From Caecitellus pseudoparvulus (taxonomy: Eukaryota > Protista > Bigyra: Bicosoecida), in contig CBFFRQ010000197.1 of the NCBI GenBank assembly GCA_965644315.1, forward strand, positions 1-52,669: 52,669 bases of DNA, read 5' to 3'. Made by a program: the position numbers and the translations under genes. The notes below the pieces were generated by a model, which ran no database searches, was not told the origin of the DNA, and saw nothing but the letters and a program-made list of their open reading frames with translations. This document shows positions 19,393-28,850 of this stretch, piece by piece (the stretch's first letter is position 1; every line of letters starts with the position of its first letter).

Positions 19393-21588
19393 TCAATCTT
19401 TGGGCTGCAAGTTCTTGATGGCGTCAGTGATGCGCTGCTTGAGCGCAGTGGCCTTTTCCCTGAGCTGCTTCGCCACTTGAGAAGGGTCTGTTCCTGCCGC
19501 CAGGCCGAGGCCTCCGGCCAGGGGCATGGCGGAGTTGACCACTGCGCCAAAGGTGCTGCCGCCCGACATGGCCTGCACGCCCAGCAGGATGAAGACGAGC
19601 ATGATGACGAGCAAGACCACGAGCACCATGCGGCTGTACAGCAAGACGTCCCACGAGAGGCCCATGGCTGAGAGGGCTGCTTCGGTGATTTCCCGCAGCA
19701 GGATGTGGATGCCCGCCTTGAACTCCTGGCGGTCCAGCACGTTGTCCGACTCGATGACGTCCAGAGACGCGAAGATGCGCTTGGCCCGCTCGTTGGTCAG
19801 GGGCAGCGACGCATTGGCAGTGAAGTCCACGAACTCGTCGAAGGAGATGCCGCCGCCGTCCGTGTCAAAGGCGTCGTACAGCAGGTTGATGGCTTGGTCG
19901 GACAGGCGCCCGTTGACGAGGGGCAGGGAGGCGAACTTGTTGGCGAGCTTGGTCTTGGCGCCCGCCATGACGCTGTCCATGGCCGCCTTGGCCTTGTCCT
20001 TCGCAGCGTCCAGGGCCACCTTGGCCGCTGCAGTTGCCGCAGCGGTGGCGGCAGAGGCGGCTGCGCCGGGGGATGAGGTGTCTACTCCAGCCCGCTGCAG
20101 CTGCTCCACGAGGCCCGTGATGGTGTTGATGATGGTCTCCAGGCGGTCCTTGTTGAAGCCGCCGAACTGCAGCGCCAGCTTGCGCACGCCGGAGATGTCC
20201 CTGCGCGACAAGGACAGGATGGCGTCCACGATGGCCAGGGCGCCGTGCTGCTCCACCGGCACCACGCTCTCCAGCAGCTGCATGATGTGCTCCTGCCGCT
20301 TCCCCAGCTCCTCTGCCACCGCCTTGCTCACTGCCAGCGCCTGCTTGGCAGAGCTGCCGCTGGTGGAGCCCGCTGCAGACACGGCCGCCGCAGCTGCCGC
20401 GCTGCTCTGCCCTGCCGCCTGAGCTCGGGACGCGACAGAGGCAGCTGAGCCAAGGACGGACTCAGCCTGTGACGCGGCGGCGTTTGACACGTCTTCCAGG
20501 GCACGCAGGCGGGCCTGCATGAGCGCGATGAAGTGCTGGATGACGCCGAGGGCAGCCACAAGCTTGGGCTCGTTCTGCACCAGCGCCTGCACGAAGACGG
20601 GGATGGTGGTGAGGAGCTCACCAGGGTTGCCGCGCAGGAGGGTACCACCCAGCGTGACGGCCAGGAACTTGGGGTCGCGCAGGCGCTTGGCGAAGATCTC
20701 GTCGCCACTGCCCTGTGACAGGAAGTCCGTCACCATGCCTAGGGATGAAAGGGCGCCCTGTGCTTGGGAAATGCCGCCTGAAATGGCCCCTGCCGCGCTG
20801 CCCACAGCTCCCAGAGCAGAGTCCCGCGCACCCATAATGTCTGCACTGAGCAGGGAGGATAAGTTGGCGCCGCCCACCATGCTGCTGGTGGCGTCCTGCG
20901 CCTGGGCTGCCGCTGCACTAGCAGACGCACTCAGCGCAGCCAGGGGCGCTGCGACAGAGGTCGCGATGCCATGTGAGACTTGGGACGCCGCGAACTTGAC
21001 CACCGCCATTGAGGCCTGTGCAGCCTGCGACACCTGCCCCTTGCGGGACCGGGCCGCCTTGCCTGACGTGTCGCGCTGCAGGACCGCCTGCACCTTGTCC
21101 ACTGGCCCAAGCAGGCCCATGGCAGACTCGATGGAGGATGGAGACACGCTCTGCAGCAGCTTCACCTCCTCGAAGCTGGTCAAGCCGGGGGGCAGCTCTT
21201 GGCCTCCGTGGGACAGCTCCCTGACGCACTGCACGATGGCCTCGGCGGCCGGCTTGGGCAGGCGTCGCAGCAGGACGCGGATGAGGGAGTTCCGGATGCT
21301 TTCGTTGTGCAGCAGGGTGAGCTGCACGGTGTTTTGTGTCAGCATGACGCGGGGAATGCCAAGGATGCGGCAGAGGCCCGTCGCGACGTCGCCTTGCATG
21401 AGGGAGAAGAAGCCGATGAGGACACGGTCCACCTCTGGCAGGACAAAGGCCGGGTTGGCGCCCCACACAGCCCTGGACAGCAAGCACACAGAAGCGCCCT
21501 TCACGCCAAAGTACTTCTCCATCGTGCGGTTGGACATGCCCCGCAGGGACTGCAGTGGGTGCAAGTCACTTTGGCCCCCTTCCTTCAA
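19393..21588 (-). CDS. Ala-rich helical protein with an EF-hand pair and C-terminal transmembrane segments; possibly the 3' remnant of a larger gene
   Basis: FDTDGGGISFDEF and LDVIESDNVLDRQEF EF-hand-like loops; hydrophobic VLVVLLVIMLVFILLGV; strong GC3 codon bias; start uncertain. Confidence 0.75.
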   Translation of the reverse strand: MKEGGQSDLHPLQSLRGMSNRTMEKYFGVKGASVCLLSRAVWGANPAFVLPEVDRVLIGFFSLMQGDVATGLCRILGIPRVMLTQNTVQLTLLHNESIRNSLIRVLLRRLPKPAAEAIVQCVRELSHGGQELPPGLTSFEEVKLLQSVSPSSIESAMGLLGPVDKVQAVLQRDTSGKAARSRKGQVSQAAQASMAVVKFAASQVSHGIATSVAAPLAALSASASAAAAQAQDATSSMVGGANLSSLLSADIMGARDSALGAVGSAAGAISGGISQAQGALSSLGMVTDFLSQGSGDEIFAKRLRDPKFLAVTLGGTLLRGNPGELLTTIPVFVQALVQNEPKLVAALGVIQHFIALMQARLRALEDVSNAAASQAESVLGSAASVASRAQAAGQSSAAAAAAVSAAGSTSGSSAKQALAVSKAVAEELGKRQEHIMQLLESVVPVEQHGALAIVDAILSLSRRDISGVRKLALQFGGFNKDRLETIINTITGLVEQLQRAGVDTSSPGAAASAATAAATAAAKVALDAAKDKAKAAMDSVMAGAKTKLANKFASLPLVNGRLSDQAINLLYDAFDTDGGGISFDEFVDFTANASLPLTNERAKRIFASLDVIESDNVLDRQEFKAGIHILLREITEAALSAMGLSWDVLLYSRMVLVVLLVIMLVFILLGVQAMSGGSTFGAVVNSAMPLAGGLGLAAGTDPSQVAKQLREKATALKQRITDAIKNLQPKD

Positions 21589-21636
21589 ATAGCAAGTGTG
21601 AGGTGAGTGTCGTTGGATACAAGATGCTCCCGTGCA

Positions 21637-24021
21637 CTACTCAAACCCTTCAGTAGTGGCCAAAGGCGACCCCACCACCTTCACCTCTCGAAGTGAGTTT
21701 ACATCAATGGTAGATGGCTGTCCCCCGATGTGAATCTTGGCCGATGGTCCCATGGTGTGCACCTTGTCCTTACTTCCCCTTTTAGCCGTAGGAGATGCAG
21801 AGGATGTGGTAGACGGAGAGGCGCCCTGACCAGCGTCAGGCTGGCTTTGCTGCGTGGGGTCAGTCGTTTCCCGTTGAAGCGCCTCACCCAGCACAAAGTA
21901 CGACATGACCAGTGCCCCACTCGTACCCATGCCCCACACACCCAAAGCACACACTGCCGGCCACACCCAGTTGAAGCTGCCTTCCCCCACAGCCACCACG
22001 ATGGTCAGTGCCATCAGAATCAAAACTCCCATGATGCCTCTCACTGATGCAACAATGCGGTGCAGCACACTGGGGTGCTGAGACCATGCTACTTCGGTCT
22101 CCGACACAAATGTCCACGGCACGTCAACGAGCTCGCGCGGATCCTCGCCAAATGGCACCATGAGGGAGGCACTCCAGGTCAGGATGCTCTTCAGCATCGT
22201 TCTGTTGCCCGACAGGATTACCTGCATACAACAGCAACACGGAGACAAAACAAACAGCATCCAAGAGCATTGCCAGCAACACTTGAGACCCACGCCCTCA
22301 CAAACAACATCTCTGCTGCGCGTCCCAGTCGGCCGGCACGACCACGTGTGCCACATCGTAACCATCACCACCACCCACGTCTCCGCCCACAAGTACACAA
22401 ACACCCCTCCCCATGCCCGTGTCGCAAGAGCCAGAGCCGCCAAGAGCACCAATCGACCCACCAACATGCACAACCGACACACGCCCAGCACCGCACGCAC
22501 CCACATTGGCACTGTCATATTTGCCTGTGGTCGGTCGGTCACCCCCGCGTACTGGTACACCATGCTTCCTACCGATCCCGCCAGACTCACCACCAGTAGC
22601 AAACCCAGACTCCCCACACCGCCCTCTTCCACCAATAGACCAAGAATGTACAGCTGCAGCACGAGCTGAGGCACGGCCTCCACCGCCACCTCCACCACAC
22701 GCAAGTCTTCAGTGGCCGCGTCGTAGTCCGGAGCATCGCCTCCCCACGATCCAACCAAACGACACGCCTCCACTGCTGGGATGAGCTGTAGCAGCCCGAT
22801 CAGCGGGCTCAGCCGCTGCATCACTGTTGGCGACTCGTGCCGCAGGCAGTCCCCCACCAGAATGTACAGCATGTACAGACTGCTCATTCCCGCACTCGCC
22901 ACCACCAGCCAGAAGAACACATAATTCTGCTCAGCCCAGAACGCCGCGGCAACCTGGGCATCTGATACAATATCGAAGTAGTGCAGGGCGGCCCCAAGCA
23001 GGGCCCAGAACAATACAGTCGTCGTTACACGAACGGTGGGGACCAGGGCTTTCTTGGTATCCAGAGAGAAACGCTCAGCCACTTGGTCGGGGGTCAGGCC
23101 GTCCGAGTTGCAAAGGCTAGCGTCAGCCCCTGCCTTCTTCAGGGCAGTGATGGTGGCACGGCGCTCAGGCGGGTCAATCCCGTCAGCAGCCATGAGGGTG
23201 TGCAGTGGAGTGTTACTAGCCTTGTCCGCCGCGTTTACAACGGCTCCCGCTCCTAGCAGCACCTCCAGCACCTCAACTTCGCCATACTCACTCGCCTTGT
23301 GCAGCGGAGTGAAGCCAGCCTCGTTCGCCGCGTTCACATCGGCCCCCGCACCAACCAACACCTCCACCACCCCCACCACCTCAACCGCACTCCCCAGACA
23401 TACTTTGTGAAGCGGAGTGTTGCCATACTTGTCCTTAGCGTGCACATCGGCCCCCGCCTGCACCAACGCCTGCACTGCCTCGACTGCACCGTGCACACTG
23501 GCAAAGTGCAGGGGAGCATTACCTTCCTTGTCCGCAGCGTGCACATTGGCCCCCGCCTCTATCAGTGCCTGCACAACTTCCACCTTCCCAGACTTACTGG
23601 CTTCATGCAGAGGAGAACTATCTACCTTGTTCGCGGCGTGCACATTAGCCCCCGCCTCTATCAGTGCCTGTACCACTTTCACCTTACCCGACATACTGGC
23701 TTTGTGTAGTGGAGTTATGCCAAACATATCGACCGCGTTCACATCGGCACCCGCTCCTAACAGCACCTCCACCACCTCCTTACCCCGCATAATAGCGGCG
23801 TTATGCAGCGGAGTGAAGCCAGCCTCGTTCGCCGCGTTCACATCGGCCCCCGCTTCTACCAACACCTCCACCAAATCCACCAAGTCTACAGCACTCCCCA
23901 GACATACTTCGTGCAGTGGTGTGTTGCCATACTTGTCCACTGCGTTTACATCGGCCCCCGCCTCCAGACTTGCCCGCACACCTTCTACTTCACCACTATC
24001 TGCAAGTTCATGCAGCGTCAT
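21637..24021 (-). CDS. Ankyrin-repeat / XK-related (Xkr scramblase-like) multi-pass membrane protein
   Basis: About 9-10 canonical ankyrin repeats (GNTPLH..A...G..EVV..L..AGADVNA). XK-family-like motifs follow (LHYFDIVSD, LRVVEVAVEAVPQLVLQLYIL, SLAGSVGSM) with many TM helices. Likely ATG at 24021 (MTLHELA). Confidence 0.85.
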   Translation of the reverse strand: MTLHELADSGEVEGVRASLEAGADVNAVDKYGNTPLHEVCLGSAVDLVDLVEVLVEAGADVNAANEAGFTPLHNAAIMRGKEVVEVLLGAGADVNAVDMFGITPLHKASMSGKVKVVQALIEAGANVHAANKVDSSPLHEASKSGKVEVVQALIEAGANVHAADKEGNAPLHFASVHGAVEAVQALVQAGADVHAKDKYGNTPLHKVCLGSAVEVVGVVEVLVGAGADVNAANEAGFTPLHKASEYGEVEVLEVLLGAGAVVNAADKASNTPLHTLMAADGIDPPERRATITALKKAGADASLCNSDGLTPDQVAERFSLDTKKALVPTVRVTTTVLFWALLGAALHYFDIVSDAQVAAAFWAEQNYVFFWLVVASAGMSSLYMLYILVGDCLRHESPTVMQRLSPLIGLLQLIPAVEACRLVGSWGGDAPDYDAATEDLRVVEVAVEAVPQLVLQLYILGLLVEEGGVGSLGLLLVVSLAGSVGSMVYQYAGVTDRPQANMTVPMWVRAVLGVCRLCMLVGRLVLLAALALATRAWGGVFVYLWAETWVVVMVTMWHTWSCRPTGTRSRDVVCEGVGLKCCWQCSWMLFVLSPCCCCMQVILSGNRTMLKSILTWSASLMVPFGEDPRELVDVPWTFVSETEVAWSQHPSVLHRIVASVRGIMGVLILMALTIVVAVGEGSFNWVWPAVCALGVWGMGTSGALVMSYFVLGEALQRETTDPTQQSQPDAGQGASPSTTSSASPTAKRGSKDKVHTMGPSAKIHIGGQPSTIDVNSLREVKVVGSPLATTEGFE

Positions 24022-24292
24022 GGCGTCGTCTTCCACGAGTTCTCCGCCGAAAAGAGCAAGTGCGGAACTTGAAATTCCCTCCTCCACCACGCCGCACACA
24101 ACGATCGCGCTGCATACGCTGCTACGACTACAAGCACACCTTGATCAAAGCAGTGGATCGTGTGAATATACTGATTCGATGATCTGTGGCTTCTAATTTC
24201 TTGACGGTGGAAGTTTGGCCCGCAGCGTTCAGTGAGTGCTTCGGCCAAGGCCTGCCATTCCTCCCGGGAGTGCCATGAACAGGGCCGTGACA

Positions 24293-24590
24293 ACAGCAAG
24301 CTGCTTGAAGATTGTCCTTGCCCACGCCATGCGCCTTGGCCTTGGCGTCACTGCAGCAGCTCACCAAGTGTGCCCTGAACCGAGCGTGGGCGAGGTGGTC
24401 AAGGCAGAATGGAGGCTACCATGCAAGCTACAACAGGACCTCGCAGCTGGCGGGCATCAAAGCTCAAGGTCCTTAGGATACCCAGGCACCCCATACTTGC
24501 GGTTTTCGACCCGGCTCTAACCCCACGCTTGGGAAGCTTGGCCGGGGCAGGTGTGGCAGGTGGCAGAAAGCCACCAAGCTGGACACACTG
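24293..24590. repeat. Dispersed diverged repeat, copy 2 (paralogue of 16903-17200)
   Basis: Colinear with the 16.9-kb copy. Confidence 0.8.
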
Positions 24591-24958
24591 TCCGCCTTGG
24601 CACAAATCAATCCAAGTTTTGCTATGGGCGACAGAAATCCAGACTGGTGACCAACAGGCAAGGACGTCCTTCAGCTCGCTGTCGGCGTGAGCCTGCCCAT
24701 CCCTGCACTGTGTCAGGAAGTGGTGCGTGCAGCGTTGGCGTGTCGATTTCCGCACAGCAACCCGACCGCATTCTGCGCACAAACATCGTCACGGCCGCTG
24801 TATCTGCATGTCCACAGGCGTGATATCAATATCTTTCCAAGCTTTATCCTTAGGCATACTTACTGCTCTTCTGCGCAACATCACGGAGACTCTCCTGCCC
24901 GAGCCTGGCTCAACCTGTAGTTTCAACGTTGATCTCTGGCATCCTGGCGTCAGGCACC

Positions 24959-25666
24959 ATGGCAGCCTTTGAAGACCCAGCACAACTAAAGGCCAAGTGG
25001 AAAGCTGCTTGTGAAGAGAGGGATGCAGGTCAGCTGTGGCACATCTTGCAGCAAACCAGTGACCAGACCACCACTTTGGCTGACGTTCTGATAAGGTCAG
25101 ACACAACAGCTGGGTTTCTGATTGCGTGCAACAAGGGACACTTGGAATTGGTGCGTGAGCTGTTGAGCCTGAAAGGGAGCCTGACAGTGGATGTGCACGC
25201 GGCGGATAGGCATGGACCTGAGGCCGCCTTCCGAGAGGCATGTCGTTGGGGCAACACAGACATTGTGCGTGAGCTGTTGTCCCTCACTGGGGCACGGGAA
25301 GTGGATTTGCACGTGGGAGATGAGAATGGACCCGAAGCAGCCTTTCGGTGGGCATGCGCCAAGGGCCACATAGACGTCGTGCGTGACCTGTTGGGTCTCA
25401 CGGGGTCGCGTGAAGTGGATGTACATGTCGTGGGTTGGGGCGGTCCAGAGGCTGCCTTCCGACTGGCATGCGCCAATGGCCACACCGACATCCTGCGAGA
25501 GCTGCTGGGTCTCACTGGTAGCCGAGCCTTCCTACCTCACAACTGGCTGCAAAAGGGGGACATCATTGTGCAGGCTGTTCGTGATGCAGTGTGGGCTGGC
25601 ACCAGCACTCGGCACGGGCGGCGAACAATGCTTTTGCTGAGAGCCTGTCGCTCGAAGCCAGCCTAG
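24959..25666 (+). CDS. Atypical ankyrin-repeat protein (intact, ~235 aa)
   Basis: N-terminal WKAAC; four ~41-aa units (VDVHA...GPEAAFR.AC..GH...VRELL.LTG.R); C-terminal AVRDAVWAGTSTRHGRRTMLLLR. Confidence 0.85.
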   Translation: MAAFEDPAQLKAKWKAACEERDAGQLWHILQQTSDQTTTLADVLIRSDTTAGFLIACNKGHLELVRELLSLKGSLTVDVHAADRHGPEAAFREACRWGNTDIVRELLSLTGAREVDLHVGDENGPEAAFRWACAKGHIDVVRDLLGLTGSREVDVHVVGWGGPEAAFRLACANGHTDILRELLGLTGSRAFLPHNWLQKGDIIVQAVRDAVWAGTSTRHGRRTMLLLRACRSKPA

Positions 25667-25888
25667 AGATATTGCCTCAATGGAGTGACTGCGGCCAGCG
25701 TGGAGCCAGTTGAACATTGCAACAGTAGCACCCCATCACCTCTCAGAGCCTCACTGGCGCCATGGATCTATACGGGGGCTCCTGCATCACAATCCTGGGC
25801 GGCTGTTCCGCAAAGAGTCACCCTCCAATAGACTTCCTCGATAGTTCATGTCTCTGCTTCTCCCCGTCCTTTTTCTGTCACGCCACAG

Positions 25889-26471
25889 CCAGATCCACAC
25901 CAACGAGGAAGCAAGGCTGAGCCCATTCCAATGCAAGATTTCCTTGGCTATCCCTGAACCGTTTCGTCGCTAGGCCTTGCGTTCCTTTGTGCCGAGTGCG
26001 GGGAACAGTTGCCTTCGCAGCCAGATTCAACTGTCCAACTCCCGCTTGTATGTTCAGGTCCAAAGAAGCGCTCCACAGGCACGCAAGGAACCCTTTACGC
26101 AACTTTCTCTGTGACCTCTGCAACGACTTCCTCAGCCTGTGCCTCACGCTCCCGCGATACAGGATTGGCTTCCGTAGGTCAAACATCGGTGTGCGGGACA
26201 GTCCAGGGCAGCCTTGCTCCAGCACTTGGCTGGGGCGGCGGTGGACGATGGCCTGATGTGGGCGCTACCGGAAGAGCTACATCACACCCAGAAGCGCGGG
26301 ACTAGGTGGAAGGAGCTGCGGTGCATCGCCACACACCACCGTGTGACGCCTGAGCTGTACGAGAAGATTCATCAGGCGTTGCGGCTGATGGTGGGGGTAC
26401 ATGTGGACTTCCTCCTGGGCGCAGTGAGCCCGTATCTTCCTCGCACAACCCTCACAGCACTATCACTCTGA
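25889..26471 (+). pseudogene. Degenerate gene fragment with a C2H2 zinc-finger-like motif
   Basis: FNCPTPACMFRSKEALHRHAR...FLCDLCNDF; preceded by a pyrimidine tract and CAG (possible splice acceptor, 25855-25888); stops and frameshifts present. Confidence 0.3.
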
Positions 26472-26755
26472 TAGACGCGTGGCATGGGGCACGCGAGTGT
26501 GCCTGGCCAACCTGGCGTCCATCTTGCAGGCGGGGCGGCGCGCATCGCGGACCATGTCCTGGTTATCATACGGCAGTGCTCCGGCGTGGCATCAAAATAA
26601 ACCCCGTCTAAGTGCGTGGCCTTCCTGCAGCAGATGGGCTTGAAGGCAATGATGCAAGTGTATGCCGGCGTGGATCCCCCGCTTCAGCGCCTGCAGACCT
26701 GCACTACCTTCGCCAAGTTTCCAGAAGCGCACGCGCCCAACCCTAGCCTTCACAC

Positions 26756-27890
26756 TCATACAGTGTCACAGCATGATCTAAGTAACAGCATCCACTTTCG
26801 CCCGTGGCGAGTGCTCGTGCCGCCCCAGACAGCGTCCTTGGCCGCCTGCGCCGCGATGTCTCCAGCACCAAACCAGATCTGAAGGGAAACTGCTCGAGCT
26901 CCACACAGCCCCATGAGCTCCCTAACTACCGCTGCATTCCCTTTCTTGCAAGCCAGCCGAAAGCCAGCCTCGTCTCGGGCATGCACATTCACGCTTCGGC
27001 CGTCACTCAAGGCAAGAAGCTCGCGGACCACGCCTACGTGGCCGTTGGTGCAGGCCCAGACAAAACCGAAGTCAGGTCCATCCACGCCCCCAGCACTCAC
27101 ATCCACAGCGCGTCGACCTGTCAAGTTTAGGAGCTCGCGCACAAGTGCAGCGTGGCCGTTCCGACAAGCCCAACGGAAACCGAACACCCCCCGAGCATGC
27201 ACGTCTGCTTCCCGCTCACCACTCAACGCGAGTAGCTCACGAACAACGCCCACATGGCCGTCGTAGCACGCCCACGCAAAACCTGCCTCAGCTCCCCCAC
27301 TATCACTTGCATGCACGTCGACTGTTCGATCACCTGAAAGTGTGAGCAGTTCCCGCACCACGCGCACTTGCCCAGCAGCACAAGCAAGCCTGAAGGCAGC
27401 TTCACTTCCAGTCATCCTTCGCGTGCACATCAACTTCCCGGCTTCCACTCAAGCTCAACAGCTCCCTCACTACGCCCAAGTGGCCATGGTGGCACGCCAG
27501 TCGAAAGCCAGCCTCCGGCCCGTGGCGATCTGCCGCGTGCACATCCACTGCTCGCTCTCCCTCCAAAGCCAACAACTCTTGCACAGCACTTACATGCCCA
27601 TGGCGGCAAGCAAGGCGGAAGCCTTCCTCTAGACACGTCCCCACCTCACTGTCAGCATGCAGCTGCCACTGGCCCTCCCTGGCAAGCACCTTGGCAAGCA
27701 AGTCACGTGCACCACATCTGCAGGCCACCTTCACTGCAGCGGCGAACTCACCCGGCAGCAGAGGCATCAGATAACCTGCACAGCCTTCACACCTCACGTC
27801 AAACAGCGCCTCCAAGATATCAATGCGCTTTTCTTGGCAAGCTTTTTCCCACCTTGCCGCAGCTTCAGTAGAAACGGCTGCCCCAGCCAT
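26756..27890 (-). pseudogene. Atypical ankyrin-repeat gene split by a single frameshift near 27410 (pseudogene or sequencing indel)
   Basis: ORF 27402-28010 (MAGAAVSTEAAARWEKAC...) and ORF 26756-27448 join at VDVHAKDD/TGSEAAFR; C-terminal AAKDAVWGGTSTRHGRKWMLLLR. Confidence 0.8.
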
Positions 27891-28452
27891 GACAAGCGCG
27901 ACCAATTTCCGCGGCACAGTTGCCCGCACGAGAGACCTCCCTGGCCGCCTGTCGCAAAGAAACGACAGAAACGCAACTCCTTGAATGTAACACCACACAG
28001 GAGTACTCAAAAAGGCTTCTGGGGTTTCCCGCCCCTGCCCCTCTCGCCGCTGAGATGCAGTGCCTCGATGGCTGGCTCAGCTTCCGACTTCGAACCTGAG
28101 CTGTTCACCGAACTGGCAGGCAACTTTCCGAGCAACCATGCGGTAGGTCATTGACCGGCGTTGCGAAAAAGTATGATAACGTTCACCCTGTATGCGGGTT
28201 CCCCAGCGGAAGGGAGTACCACTTCTCGCTTCGCTATGCTTGCCGTTGAGCTTCCCCTCCTCTGGACGAGCAGAGATCCAGACCCTTCGCCAGTATGTCG
28301 TTATTCCCTCGAGCAGAGGGAACAGAAGGACAGCACAAGCGATACTCTTGAAGTACACTTTCAGCGTCAAGGACCAACGAAAACATAGAGGCCAAAGCAA
28401 ATGTAGATGACAGAGACTGCATTCAATGGAGGCCGGTGGCGCACAGGGGAAG

Positions 28453-28850
28453 TCACCCTTGGTGTCTTGGAAGCGCGACGGTCGATCGCGCAAGTGCAAC
28501 CGTTTTGCCTCCCCACACACACAGCGGGTCGGGGAGTGGCATCGCGTGCGGTACTTCCTCGACCTCCACTGCAACGTGCTTTCCCAACTCCACTGTTTCA
28601 GAATCCCACTCTTCATCCATCCAGTCAGCGTCGTGCAGCACCATGATGGAGTCGTCTTCGGGAGCGGGAAGCCCCACCGCCGCGTAGCAGGCCGCCACTT
28701 GCTCCGCAAAAGTCTGAGTTGGATCAAGCTGGACCGCAATGGGGCCGGCCAACACCTCACGGCCACCAACATGTTGAGTTCCCAAGGTTTCCAAAGCCCG
28801 AATGTCCTGCTCCATATCACATACGACGTACAGGGCCACATAGCTAGCCC
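28453..28850 (-). CDS. Acidic ORF abutting the RNF213-like stop; possible frameshifted C-terminal extension or small separate gene
   Basis: Frame reads QGRASYVALYVVCDMEQDIRALETLG...VQLDPTQTFAEQVAACY...; protein-like composition and overlaps the upstream stop codon. Confidence 0.4.
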
